Shown here one piece after another: positions 28,532 to 42,817 of a stretch of DNA of 64,000 bases (position 1 is its first letter; the number at the start of each line of letters is the position of its first letter). The notes below the pieces were generated by a model, which had not been told where the DNA came from, ran no database searches, and saw only the letters and a list, made by a program, of their open reading frames with translations. The position numbers and the translations under genes were made by a program. Source of the stretch: Octopus bimaculoides (lineage: Eukaryota); NCBI RefSeq assembly GCF_001194135.2, contig NC_068981.1, forward strand, positions 145,034,037 through 145,098,036, read 5' to 3'.

Positions 28532-30980
28532 CACCTCTTGATATCCTGCTGCTTACTTTCATATATATGTGTTTGTGTGTGTATGAGTATGTGTGTATGT
28601 ATGCATTTATATACATATATGTATGTAGTTATGTATGTATGAATGTATTCATGCATATATATACGTATATATGTGTGCGTGACATTTACTTTAGAATCTG
28701 TTTCAGTAGATAACAATGTTTAAACAACAGACAGTTGGCTGTGAAGTATTGCTACACCGTTACAATAAAGGTGTAACTAATTAATTTCTTTCATTTATTT
28801 TGTGGCTTTAAATCCCGTTAAAGTCAAAATTGTGTAAATAAAATAATCTTAATAATTATATGGAAGCCGATCTCTTTACAAAGATTTTTTCCTTTCAAAT
28901 TAGCAATTTCCTGCTTAAGTCAAAAGATTATATTTACACATAAGCAGGAGTGGTGCAGATGAAATATATGATTTTGTTAATCAGATTCAGTGGTTCAGGA
29001 TCACATTTTAGCTATAGGCTATTTTATGCGATATTTTTTATGTGGAATCTGTATTTTAGTTAACTGAAGCATGCATTATCTATTTTTTCTTGATGTTTTA
29101 TACGCAGCATGGATACAAACCCATGTTTTTCAATAAGAGTCAAAACAATAGAATATTTTCTGATGAACTTTAAGGAACCGTGAAAAGCTGGGATCGTGAT
29201 TTTTATAACTTTCACTTGGAACCTTCCAACATGAAATTTATAAAAATAAAATATCTGCAAAACATTGAATGAGACGACAAAGCCAAAAGATTAAAGGAGA
29301 ATGCAAAGCTAAAAGAAAGTGGGTTAAAAAAAGATCGATCCAATGCGATGGTCGGGGGACATGCTCGAGAGTCAGGCGGAATACCTTGCGTTATCTATTC
29401 TGGTTGTTTGCGTTTTGACTGACAACAAACTGGTGCCAAGCTGTATCGGTCCATGTCGGCAGCCTTTCCTTTAGAGAAACACGATCGGCGTAAAGACGGA
29501 AAGCCCTCATGCATAAGTAACAGCCAATTTTTCTCGAACAATATTGCCCAATCCTACTCATTAATTCACAGATTCACAGTTGACATTGATCGAGGGAAGC
29601 CACTACATTACAAAGTTTTCAATATGAAGGAAATTTATAACAACTAAATGAGCAATGTCGTAAGCAAGTATAAAACGAATTAATATATGTTGTAACGCTT
29701 TTGTACTTGATTTTTCTACTTATATTCTGGAAGGCGTTATGTCTACAGCCTTTAAACAACTGACGAATCAAATGATATAGATACGGTTTATGTTCTTGAG
29801 CTACTGCGAGGCTACAGCTACAAGAATAACATGAGCAGGTTGGGAGTTCCAGAGCGCTTTTATTCTTGGGAGGAGGGACTGGGTTAAATGTTTAGTCCGG
29901 ATCATGGAGTGGTGGTGGACACAATTTATTATTTAAACCAAGATCATCCTTATTCTAGCTGAGGCTGCACCAGATTATTTTCAACCATAGCATACCTAAT
30001 AATACATTAACTAATGAATCCTTCCTCATTTAAGAGAGTGATGTATGATTTGAGGATGATTTGGCAGTCATCTTTAGCAGTCGACAGATCAGGTAGAAGT
30101 ATATGTCGCAATTCCAAGTGATAAAATGAGTTGTCTTCGAATCAACATTGTGTAGAAACTTTTGAACAGGAATCATCTAAAATTCCTAAGCACTGGTTAG
30201 ATAGCAACAGACTGGTTATTTCTAAACTTTTATCGATTGTGTATCGAATTCATGCATTATTCTTGTTAGGAAAGTAATTTGTTTAATGTAACTATAGCAA
30301 TATAAATTACACTTTCTTAACAGAATGATATTTCAGAAGAATTTGAATGATGGAAATATACGTCTCTCTTACGAATGATATATTACATTAGATCTGTATT
30401 TGATTAAATGGAACAGGAATTACAGAGAGATTTTCGGGAGAATCTTAGAGACTTTTTGTTGGGTTGTTGTTGTTATTGTTTAGTCTCAGGTGAGTCTTAA
30501 CTGAGTAGAACTATGATCAAAGGCCATGACCATTGCTTCATGGTTTTCTATATTAAGTCTCTAGCACTATATCATCTAATGCACCCCTTCTTTTTCAAAA
30601 CAGGAAGGGGGAATTTCAGGAAATTTTTATTGTTATTTCTAGCAAGTCAAGCGACCATATGGATTTCAAATGAATTGCAGTCGTTTCCGACAATGAGTTT
30701 TCAGTAATTTGATCGGCTGAATTACCTGATCGTTGAATTATATGTAAGTGATTGAGAATTCTGTAGATACGTGTAGTACCCTTGATATATTCCTGTGCAT
30801 AATTCTATTTGGTAGTCTTATGCACAGTTTCCGTGTACGAAACTTCAATCGCAAGGCTATTTTAAAAGACATTGACCTACAATGTCATGCAATGGGATCG
30901 AAATTGCGAATCGAATTTAACAATCGGTCTATGTAATTCAACATATATAAGATGTAAAAGAGACGTGCATTAGATACTGT

Positions 30981-31401
30981 ATTCTTTTCTACTCAAGGCA
31001 CAAGGTCCGAAATTTTGGGAGATGGGGGGGGGGCAGTCGATTAGATCGGCCCCAGTATGCAACTGGTATTTAATTTATCGATCCCGAAAGGATGAAAGGC
31101 AAAGTTGACCTCAGCGGAATTTGAACTCAGAACATTTCGCTAAACATTTCGCCCGGCGTGCTAACGTTTCTGATTTCTTTATTGCCCACGAAGGGCTAAA
31201 CATAGAGGGGACAAACAAGGACAGACAAAGGGATTAAGTCGATTACATCGACCCCAGTGCGTTGGTACTTAATTTATGGACCCCGAAAGGATGAAAGGGA
31301 AAGTCGACCTCGGCGGAATTTGAACTCAGAACGTAACTGCAGACGAAATGCCGCTAAGCATTTCGCCCGACGTGCTAACGTTTCTGCCAGCTCGCCGCCT
31401 T
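30981..31401 (-). mobile_element. Dimeric or nested family A SINE (full tail-1 monomer plus 5'-clipped tail-2 monomer) inside one TSD
   Basis: The two monomers join at 31172/31173. A 13-bp direct repeat, cattagatactgt, lies at 30968-30980 and 31402-31414. Confidence 0.9.
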
Positions 31402-31574
31402 CATTAGATACTGTTTTAGCGTGTTGGGTAATTTATTTGAGTAAATCAGCGTAGTAATATACTAGATAACGTATAAGTATAAGTATAAGAATTTTACAGT
31501 GTATTAATATAGGGAGTATAATATATGGAGTGATTTCTTTATTATGATAATAAATATCTTTTACAAAGAAGGAC

Positions 31575-33830
31575 AATACAAGACGTTACAAATATATAGA
31601 TGAGCTAAGTGAGTTTATAATTCTGCAAGCGAATTCCACAGCTGACCACCATCCAGGTAGAGCCAGAGATGCCTTAGCCTCTGTGCATGTCTGCTCATCA
31701 ATAGCCACGGCATCGCTAACCCACCCTTTAGCGGTTTTTGACAGCATACGGAGCGCCTCACAAGCGGTTTTCCCTTCCACAAAAAGCGGAAGAGAAGTCG
31801 CACCAACTTGCATAGCTACGAATCAGGGTAAGGGACAACGGTCAGATGGTAGGTGGTAACAGACGCAATAAACGCCTGCACCACCTCCACCCTTCCTTTC
31901 AGGGACAGCGCCCTTCCGGACCAGGTTCGGACTAGGGCCTCCACTCTGCCTGCCACCTCACTCCAATTCTTCTCCGTCTGGGAGTTTGGACCAAACCAAA
32001 CTATCCGTCCAGTGTCCCACGACACTGGAAGTTATAGGTGCCGAGCTGCAAACCGATGGACTTGTCCTTGCTAACTTTTGCCCCTGCCACCGCCTTGTAT
32101 CCTTTGATTGCGTCCTCTACACAAGGTAGCTGAACTACATTGGACACGGTGATGGTGACGTCATCCACATATGCAGAAACAGACTTACCACATCCGATTT
32201 CATTGGGGATGCCCCTCAAACTCTCCAACCTCCGCAACAATGGCTCAAGAGTCAGTACATACAGAAGCAGAGATAGGGGGCACCCTTGCCTAACCGAGCG
32301 CTTGATCTCAAACGGCTCCGACAGGTAACCGTTTATTTGGACTGTGGATTTGATGTCGCCATAAATGGCCTTGATCCAACCGCGGAAGTCGGAGCCTAGC
32401 CCAGCCGTCTCAGTGACTGCCGGCAGGTACTAGTGGTCTACCCTATCGAAAGCTTTACTTTGGTGTAAATGGACCAATTCCCCACCTTTACCGGATACTT
32501 TACTTACCATATCTAAGGTGTAGGGTAAGAGATGAAGAGTGTCCTGGATTGACCTGCCTGGAAAGGTGAATGTCTGCGCCTTCCCTACAAGTTTCTCCAC
32601 GACATGCATCAACCGTTTTGCTAACACCTTGGCCAAAATCTTTAACTCAACATTAAGTAGAGTTATGGGCCTAAAGTTACTAATATGATCCTCCTTGCTC
32701 GGGTCTTTTCTGATCAACGTCACCACTCCCCGACTCACAGCTAGGAATTCTCCCATTCTGCTGCCAGTTCCTGTAGACGCAGGCCAGCAAGTATCCGAAC
32801 AAGTCCGGCATACTACGATAAAATTCATAGGGCAGACCATCCAGCCCCGGCGACCTGTCCCCGGCGCATTCAGCCAACACCTCGTCGACCTCCGCAGCGG
32901 TAATCGGCCCTTCACAACATTCCGCCTCCCACGCCGAGAGTCACGGCTCACCGGTGAGGAAGTCCTTTAGGACTCCCCACGGTCCAGCGAATCGCTCGTC
33001 CCAAACAACCGGGTGAAATGCTGGTGAAAAGCCTTTTGCATTCCTCCTGTCCTTTAATCGTACGCCCTTGCTCGTCAATAAAAGACTTTATAGAGGTTTC
33101 TCTGCCTCTCTGACTCTCCATATGACATGCCCATCCGGCAACGTTAATACCTTCTCTACCCATAGCACCTAACTTAGCCCTGACTCTACATCCTTCGTGT
33201 TTTGCTTTGAGATGACAGAATAACACCGCTCTCGCCGCTATCACTCTGGAGGAAGAGCCAGATTCCATGGTCTCCTATAATTCCTTAATTAGGTTCCCTT
33301 CTATTCTAGTCTTCTCTAAAAATAGCTGCTTACTAAATCTAAGAGACTCAGAAGGAATGGCTCGCTTGAGGGCGCACCACCATCTATTATTAATGATGGC
33401 GCCGCATAATGCCCTCTGCACTAATTCCTTAACCTGGGCACGGAAGACTTTACAAGTCAAAATAGACTTGTTCATGTTCCAATACGTTGGTCCCTGTCTA
33501 TGACACTTAACTAGGTACACCTCACACGTCACAAATTTGTGATCCGTGTAAGGGACACAACAAAAGCGTGGACAACTAAACGTATTCCTACAATTTAAGT
33601 ATAGGGAGGGGCTGCACGAATTCACCAACCTCCCCTTCCTTTTTTTTCTGAGGTGTAGCCGCTGGGCTAAGCACAAGTCTTTTGTTGGCCATCTCTTGGC
33701 TAACATCTTGTATGTCCTGCGGGTATCTCTCTTTAGATTGTTTGAATAGTTCTGTTTCTATCCTTGCCAACCGTATATTCAGTGGCATACCTTGTATCGG
33801 GGCTATAGTAAGAGACACTGAAGGTGTCGC
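31575..33830 (-). mobile_element. Decayed Tx1/L1-clade LINE ORF2 (APE endonuclease end plus RT)
   Basis: Peptides YTDHKFV..GPTYWNMNKSIL, SPGLDGLPYEFY, FRPITLLNVELKILAKVLAKRL, QSKAFDRVDH, RQGCPL and SAYVDDVT, in several frames with stops. Confidence 0.92.
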
Positions 33831-36639
33831 ACAGTCTGAGTGAATTTGAAACTACGTCGTTGTAAAGCGGACTCCTCAACTATATAGCCATGCTCTCGCC
33901 TAAGTTAATTTTTCTTTTTGACTCGACAAATAACTTCCTATGTAGCAGGAGAAATGAATGGGATCTCATTCGAAAATATGATTAAATGACATTTCCGCCG
34001 ACATTTCTGACTGACTATGAAGTTTGTTTTTCAATCTTGAACTTTCGGGTTTGTGCCTCTGCTTAAATTTGCTGTGTCTTCAACTATAGCCTCTCGTCAA
34101 CTCAAGCCTTAGGAGTAAACTTAGGTAAATCGAAACTGTATAGAAGCTAGCCTGATGGTTTGTGTTTTTCTTGGGTGGCTGGCCTCTTACCTTACCTCAA
34201 TATCTTAATACACTGCATCCTTAAGTAAGCAACCAGCCAACCATAGTCATCACTTAAAAGTGAATATGACTTGGTAGTATGCTTTTGCTAATTGGTTTAG
34301 GTGCATGTGTACTTGCGAACAGACATTGACAAACTCTCCGCCCTCCCACACCTTGAACTTGTCGAAGATCAAGGATGTAACAGCTGCGGGGAGAAATAGC
34401 AGTACCAGCACTTGCTTGGTAATCCTTTTAGCCGAGCAACCTGAAGCCATATGAAACGAAATGCCTTGCTCAAAGAATCCTGGATTCGAACCCATGACGT
34501 AATAATCTCATCATATAACGCTCTTTATCTCTAAGGCTTTTCATAAATAAATCGAAGTTTTCCTCTCATTTTTCCATCTGTTTTGAACACTCTCAAAAGT
34601 GCATGGGCATTGAATTCTCTCCTCGGACATTTTTAAACGGAAAATTGAAACCCATCTACATATTCATTCCAACAAGATTTTATGCCACAGTTTTCAAAAA
34701 TATTGAATTACAAACTTTATAATAAATTACATTTATTAAGTAGCAAAGTTTGTTTACTTTATGTGCTCCACTCAGAGAAAGTCTTGCTTTCTTTCTTTGG
34801 AACATTGAAAGTATGAACAGATTTAAACAGCTGAAATAACTACTAGTAAGTACCTCGATTTTCAAAAGGATTAATAGATTATCTTCTTGTTCATATATTT
34901 AATGCGACTGAATCGAGGCTACAAATTTAATTTTGAAGTCGTCGATTGAATTAGCAGAGACGGCTCTGCAAGACGGTTCTTGCTACGGTTTTAGTATGAA
35001 GTTATATCAAAAGTTATAAATATTCAATAGTTTGGTATAAAGTATGCTTGCATTACTCTATTGTCCAAATACAACACATAAGAACTAGTTTAGTCTGCTT
35101 CGTGTGAACTGTCCACCGTTATACTTCCTGGCTCTTTCTCATCTTTTCCCCACCTCTACAAAACCATAATACATATCGACTAGACACATTCGCTTCTCCT
35201 ACTCTGTTTTTATTCTCGGACAAACTATTAAATTATCTATGTATCAAAATGTAGAATACGAGTGGGGAATAATTCCTTTCAAATTGGAAAGTCACTTTAT
35301 TTAATGTAATATCCTAGCGTTATTATCATAAGTTTTGAAATAATGATTGCTTGTTCGAATCCAGTCTGATATCATTGTGGCTAGGAATAAGATGCCTTGT
35401 GACGACAGAAGCTGAAACTGACTCAAACGTACAGTATATTTTTTCTAAATTCACATTTCTAAATTTTGAGTAGATAAGAGAAGAAAATAAATATCGTATT
35501 AAATATCGAAACTATTTTACTTTAACACTAACTCAGACAAAATAACGTTGAACTAATAGAAACAGTAGAGCGCCATACTTCAGGTCCTAAGATAGTTACT
35601 TCCCTTTATATTTTTATGTTCAAATTTCGGCTTCACCTTTCATTCAATCGAGTTTGATCAAATATGAACCAGTTAAATACTTCGGTCGGTTACAGCGACT
35701 GCAATTAGTTAATAAAATATGTACCCCTGTACTTAAACCAAAAATGAGAATTATTGCAATCAAATATATTTAGTGCATCTGCACACCTTGTTGCATTACG
35801 GTTCATATAGTTGATATAGTTCCTAAAAATTCTTCTGAGTTATTTCATAGAGAAATAAGTTTGACAATCATCTGTTCTTTTGACATGAAACATTTAAACA
35901 TGAATGTTTCCAGTAATACATTAGCTAGAAACCAATTAATACTTCTTTCTTCTTTTTTTTTTTTGCATCTTTATTAAATACGTCAGCAAAGTTGCGTATT
36001 TAGCCGAGATTCCACCCATGCAAAACACAATAAAAGGAAAACCACGTATCTGTATCTTCCAATACTTTTAATGATAAAACATCTAAATTCTTCGACTTTT
36101 ATTCTAGTTAAAAGTTCACTGTCCGTGTATACACATACTAAGTGAATTTTGTTTTGCCTCCCGTAAAAGTACCGCAAACCAGTAACTTTACGATTAAATA
36201 AATGAAAAGAAACATCTGCAGTTATAAAACTCGTACAGGAGCAGCAATGCCTGTAGACATAGTCAAAGCAATGGAATAGTAAATGCATTTACATTGTTAT
36301 ATATTAAGAAGTTGATACATTTGCTAATTCCTGTTACTTATTAGTTACGATTACTTTTAAAAGAAGTAGTTGTTTATACTTATACATTTTATTGCATAAA
36401 CACTGTAGATTTCAATAAAACATTCACATGGCTAAATGGTTTTCCTCTTCTGCCAGGTATATGTGTTATTTAATAAATTGTTTTGAAACATTACTTCCTT
36501 CTCTTTATAACATTTTGTATACACACTGCTGTTGTTGTGCATCTTACGTTTTCTTAAGTGCAGACTTTTCGAGATTCTCTTTCCAGTTTAGACTATCCTT
36601 GAACACATTGTGAGTTGCAATGTGCTAATATGTTATTTA

Positions 36640-36871
36640 AAGGGTGGCGAGCTGGCAGAAACGTTAACACGCCGGGCGAAATGCTTAGCGTTATTTCGTC
36701 TGTCGCTACGTTCTGAGTTCAAATTCCACCGAGGTCGACTTTGCCTTTCATCCTTTCGGGGTCGATTAAATAAGTACCAATTACGCACTGGTATCGATGT
36801 AATCGACTTAATCCCTTTGTCTGTCCTTGTTTGATCCCTCTACGTTTAGCTCCCTGTAGACAATGAAGAAT
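36640..36871 (+). mobile_element. SINE family A, tail type 1
   Basis: ggtggcgagctggcagaaacg...gagttcaaattcc (B-box-like)...caatgaagaat. Confidence 0.9.
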
Positions 36872-37489
36872 AGTATGTTACGTTATTTCACCATTGTAAC
36901 AATTATGACAAATCAGAGTAAACACATTGTTTTATCTCTCAAAACAACATAATTTTACCATTCTTATTCTTCCACCAATAGATTCTATGTTTCTGTATAT
37001 CATCTTTTCTGATCTTTTCGACATTATGTCAGAAGTGAACCAAAGATTAAATGCTTAGACTTTGGCATTTGGTGAAGAAATATTGTTGTTTACAGTGTTT
37101 CAATAGACCAGTCACAGGTTTAGTGCATTTCTGCCAGCGAGACTAACAATAGGTTGTTTACACAACTCTATGCCGGAATAAATGACACAAAAATTTGTAT
37201 TCAAAATCTCTGGTTTTTCGGTTTTCAACTAACGTTTATAACTTACACCGTTATACATCGGTAGTATGTGTGGGTGGGGGCTTCCATAAAAGTTATTTTC
37301 AAGAAATTCCACTTACAAGGTACCCGTCAACTCAGAACTTTCTGAAATGAACTTCCATTATGCAGCTGAGGAGTACATTTTCATTGCACATCTTATGTGG
37401 TGTTCTCACTACATAAATAACTGAAATTCGTATGTGTGTATACATATATACATATACACATATGTGTCTGTATATATATATCGTTTCGC

Positions 37490-37815
37490 TCCGATCAACG
37501 TGAAATTGATGTGCAAATGACTGAGCATTGCATAGAGACGTGTACCCCTTAAGGTAGTTCTCGGGAAGATTCAGCGTGACACAGAGAATGATAAGACTGA
37601 CCCTTCGAATACAGGTACAATAGAAACAGGAAGAAAGACTGAGAGAAATTGTGGTGAAAGAATGCAACAGGGTTCGCCACCATCGCCTGCCAGAGCATCT
37701 TGGAGAATTAGGTGTTGTCGCTTAATAAACACTCACAACTCCTCGTCTGAGAATCGAAACAGCAACCGTATGACCGTGAGTCTCCTACACTAACCACTGG
37801 GCCATTACGCCTCCA
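37490..37815 (-). mobile_element. SINE family C, diverged copy
   Basis: Reverse-complement similarity to 46436-46817 from the tRNA-like head through gttgatcgga. Confidence 0.8.
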
Positions 37816-38094
37816 CATACATACATGTGAGGAATTTTCGTCCAAACATGTGACTAGCTGTTTGTACGCGCCATTAAAAAAAGATCTGAAAAGCATTTTT
37901 CATTCCCGCTAGCCACTGCTGGAGCGAATTTTGGTCTCCTACGGATATTTACTTATTGTGTTTTCGTGATAGTGTATCCACAAAATATGTTATCTCAACC
38001 GGTCCATCAACAGCCTATATAATCTAAGTATGAATCATAGATGACATTTTTTTATTGAATGTTACTCCAATTCCGTACAGCGAATATCTATCTA

Positions 38095-38129
<35 letters not shown>

Positions 38130-38520
38130 NNNNNNNNNNNNNNNNNNNNNNNNNNNNNNNNNNNNNNNNNNNNNNNNNNNNNNNNNNNNNNNNNNNNNNN
38201 NNNNNNNNNNNNNNNNNNNNNNNNNNNNNNNNNNNNNNNNNNNNNNNNNNNNNNNNNNNNNNNNNNNNNNNNNNNNNNNNNNNNNNNNNNNNNNNNNNNN
38301 NNNNNNNNNNNNNNNNNNNNNNNNNNNNNNNNNNNNNNNNNNNNNNNNNNNNNNNNNNNNNNNNNNNNNNNNNNNNNNNNNNNNNNNNNNNNNNNNNNNN
38401 NNNNNNNNNNNNNNNNNNNNNNNNNNNNNNNNNTATATATATGTAAGTATGTATATATATATATATTTATACATACATATATATATATATTTATACATAT
38501 ATATATATATATATATATTT

Positions 38521-38596
<76 letters not shown>

Positions 38597-39226
38597 GTGT
38601 GTGTATATAAATAAGTATACGCGCATGTATGTGGGCGTTGACAAAGCTGCAGTTAGTTTGAAATTTTGCCAAGGATTTTCGAAATGTGGAGAGATAATAA
38701 AACAATTTACACAGCTAATTAATTTAAAATTTTGCAGTTTTGCATTCATTTAAATATAAATGCTAATTAAAACATAAACTTCGAAGATATCTTTTATTTT
38801 TAAAAAAATGGGGGTTGGGGATGCTGATTTTTCATCGCTTCCTTTTGACGGGATCATAGTTCAGTTATTTTAATAGACAGATACAATCGTTAATCATTAT
38901 GTGATTTGTTTGCATACATGTATGTTTGCAAAGATGTTCTTTATCGATAGTAACCAGCACTTGTTTATTTTTTGTGACCCATATATAATAAATATCTTCT
39001 CTCTTTTTATAAAATAGAATTGATATTTTTACATTAACCCTTTACATGTCCAAACCCTTTTCATAAGTTGGTTCTAAATATCCATACTCGTTTTCAAGGT
39101 TTTAGTTATCCTTTGTTTCATTCGTTGTGAATAACATAAGGCTTTTTTCCATAAAGTCTCAAGTTATCCAAGTGGATGAAAAATGCGAATTTGTGTCATG
39201 TATGCTGCATAGACGCAAGGGAAATA

Positions 39227-39780
39227 CAGGATACCCACAAAATACCATTACAATTTGAAAAATTCAGAAAAAAATATCTAAAAATAAGAATAACTCAACA
39301 GAGTTTATTGGGAAACTTAGGCGAACAAATAGTTTTATTAGAAACATCAGAATACTTCCATGTGGGCTCCTTTGGCTTCACGCAACACATCTAGGCAATG
39401 TGCGCCTCTGATCATGTATATTACAGTATCTCATGAGGAATTCTAGATATGGTATGACATACTTTTTTCCTTGAGATCATTCAGGTCTACAACTTTTGTA
39501 CGATGGACTCCGTCTGTAATATAGCCTCGTAAGGAACCTGGAGGGGTTATATCTGGTAACCTAAGTAGTCAGGGAGTAGGACCGCTTCTTCCAGTCCACC
39601 AGCTTGGGAAAGATTCGTTAAGAAACTCTCGAACATTCCACCCACCAATAGGACGACGCACCGTCTTGTCTTTTTGGAAAATAACTGTTGGCTGCAAGTG
39701 GTACAATTGGGGTACATCAAATAGTTGTAAAAGATCAAGGTAACTATTGGAAGTAATCATCGTAAAGATAATTTATACCC
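39227..39780 (-). mobile_element. Tc1/mariner transposon remnant (transposase C-terminus plus one TIR)
   Basis: Peptide FDVPQLYHLQPTVIFQKD...VREFLNESFPSWWTGRSGPTP*LLRLPDITP..RGYITD resembles the IFQQDGA...RWIGR..WPPRSPDITP family. Terminal TA|CAGGATACCCAC at 39225-39238. Confidence 0.85.
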
Positions 39781-39984
39781 TGTCTTGTTAATAATACCTT
39801 AACTTTTTTCAGCTTTCATGTTTTTATATTTATTCTTTTCAAAACCATCATCTTAAAATTACCGCTTACCCTCGTAATTTTTCACATCTGTCACTAAAAT
39901 TATTTCCTTCGGAGCCAATTATTAGATACATAAATTATTGAAGAAATATACGACCGTTGCTGATATCATCAATCAAAAATAATA

Positions 39985-40385
39985 AAATAATATCAATCAA
40001 AAATCTTTCGTAGTCAGCCGTTTCCACTGGTCTTTGTTCTCTGTGATGAATTTCGCTGGGTTTTGATTAGCCCAGTCCTTGTTGTGAAACCAGAATTTTC
40101 TTTGGCTGTCTCTCTTTTGGCCTCCCTCAACTGCGCCTTGAAGAATGGATTTGGACAGAGAGTTGTAGCGGATACATGGCCGTACCAAGCAAGTTTTCGT
40201 CTTCTTACCAGCGCAAGGAGTGGTTCCTAACTGCCAACGTATTTGTTAACTTGCTGTCTGACAAAACTGTTCGTTTTGTGCTCTGTGTGCGGGATGTGTA
40301 GCAGCCTTCTGAAGAACTTTTGCTCAAATGCACGGATTCTTCGCTCCATGTCAGCGAAATTTGAATACCGTGTACAAATTATACG
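39985..40385 (-). mobile_element. RTE-clade LINE 3' fragment
   Basis: Peptides MERRIRAFEQKFFRRLLHIPHTEHKTNSFVRQQV and RRKLAWYGHVSRYNSLSKSILQGAVEGGQKR..QRKFW. Confidence 0.85.
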
Positions 40386-40540
40386 ATTCAATTCGAAATA
40401 CAGACAGGCAGACATGCAAACTGACAGAGAAACAGACAAGCAGACATGCAAACTGACAGAGAAACAGACAGGTAGATATGCAAAGTGCCAGAGAAACAGA
40501 CAAACAGGCAGGTAAGTAGACGGACTGACAGGCGGCTAGA

Positions 40541-40555
40541 GAGATAGATAGATAA

Positions 40556-40649
<94 letters not shown>

Positions 40650-40686
40650 GGATGGACGGACGGACGGACGGACGGACAGACGGACG

Positions 40687-40780
<94 letters not shown>

Positions 40781-40781
40781 T
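40541..40781. repeat. Compound microsatellite (GATA)n-(GATG)-(GACG)n-(GACA)n
   Basis: Read directly. Confidence 0.95.
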
Positions 40782-41170
40782 AGGAACAATATTCCTCATG
40801 CTACCACAAATCTATAGTTGGAAAATCTGGCTTCAGTCTTTGGTGTCAGAACGCAATGAGACGATACTAAACACCTCCAGTCTACTGGTATAGGCATGAT
40901 AGTATGGAAAACCAATATTTCTCCATGCCACCAGTGGTGATATAGCTGGCTCACGTAACGCCATAAAGGTTACTAGAAAGTTAAAGGCAAGAGAATGGTG
41001 CAGCGATTCCAAATTCTGAAATGAAATCTATTGAATCGACCCCAGCAGTTCATTGGAATTGGTTCGTTTTATCGATGACGAAAGGATGAAAGACAGTGAG
41101 GACAAATGTGAGATTTGAACGAAGGATCGAGATAAATGCATTCGAATGATTCTGCCGTCGATAGATATGT

Positions 41171-41209
<39 letters not shown>

Positions 41210-41328
41210 TGTGTGTGTGCGCGTGTGTTTATGGTAGCGTTTCACCATGACCGAAGCCGCATAGCTGAAACAAATAGAAGAATAAAAGAATACATGCACG
41301 TGTTTATGATAGTGCTCCAACATGACCG

Positions 41329-41361
<33 letters not shown>

Positions 41362-42583
41362 ATGTATACCATAATCACACACACATATTCATATAAACAT
41401 AACCATATAACTATACATGCATGAAGAGAGTGCGAGCGATATGTGTGCGTGTCTGTATACAGATTTGTAAAGGATGCGAGTGTCTGATTTTTGTTTGACT
41501 ATCTCTTTGAATTATAATGCTGGATGAAAACATTTTGTAAAATGTTTCAAAATAATTTTATTTTAATAACATTTTTTTTTTCGATCGAATGTCAACTTTG
41601 CTGGATGTTGTATTATATTATATATACAAGAGCTTTAGTTTCATGTTGAAGATTTCTTGCTCATAACGTTTATTAGCAAACATTTAATGTTCGATTTTTC
41701 ACTCGACTTGGATAGCTTTATCTAATCTATTAAGTGATCAGGAACTCAATATTCTTAAAGCTATGGTAGAGAATAGTGTACAAATATTGGAACAGGAAGC
41801 TCGTTTCATAAAAGGGCAGGAAACGTTGAGGTAAATTTGGTTGCAAGAAAGAGCAGGCAAATCTTTCTCAAAGTCAAAGCCTGCAGGTTTAAAAATATGA
41901 AAACACATTAGATAATATAGTTGAAAATACAGTAAGAACATAAGCAATGTTCACGGCTATAACGTCTTTGCTCAATCGGGATTTACTTCAGGTACAAAAC
42001 AACAAAAAGGACGGGTGTTTCACGTTGTTTTGTTTGGACATAAAAGTCACCCTGTTAAGAAACAGAAAGTAATTTCCTTGAGGCAAAGTAAGTTATATGG
42101 ACATTCATATTGAGAATTCCCAAAGTAAGGGCATGCAATATTTAGCACAATTTCCAACTGTACAGCCAATAGCCAAGGCACTTAGTTACATATAAAAAGA
42201 GTAGGACACATGGTTACGGTAATCTGCATAATTTAAATTAAAATGAGCTACGAGAAATAACTCAGAGTGTTCGCTGAAGACGTTCATTGATGCAGAAACA
42301 TGTGTCCACCCACAAATGTCTTCTTATCTCTAGACGGTAAACCTATCCTTTTCCTTAATGATATCACCATTTTGAGAAATCTTGGTTCTTTAGAATATTT
42401 CTCCCTCTCACATAGGACTCGCCTCGATTACTATTGGATAATTAAGACTCATCCTGAGGAGGCGAAGATAGTAGTTCATATTGAATAGCATATGTTATAC
42501 ATACCATCCCAGATGAATATATGAATGTATTTGTTTATATATAAAGTAAAACACTGTTGTCTTTCTTTAATCTCTCTCCTGTC

Positions 42584-42624
42584 AACTTTTCTATGAAGAA
42601 GGATCTGTCCGAAACGTTGGAGTT
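42584..42624 (+). ncRNA. Degenerate minimal hammerhead-like motif
   Basis: aactttt-ct-ATGAAGA-A-GGA-tctg-TCC-GAAA-CG-TT-ggagtt. Stem II and the GAAACGTT half are intact, C3 is altered, and aactt/gagtt gives stem I. Confidence 0.5.
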
Positions 42625-42734
42625 TTCATTCTCCTCCGCAAATTCATTGTACAGTTTATGACGATCTTACCTAAATAACACAAGTCTTGCCGATGCAGAC
42701 CAACAGCAGTCTTACTGGAAGTTGCTTGATCGCG

Positions 42735-42817
<83 letters not shown>

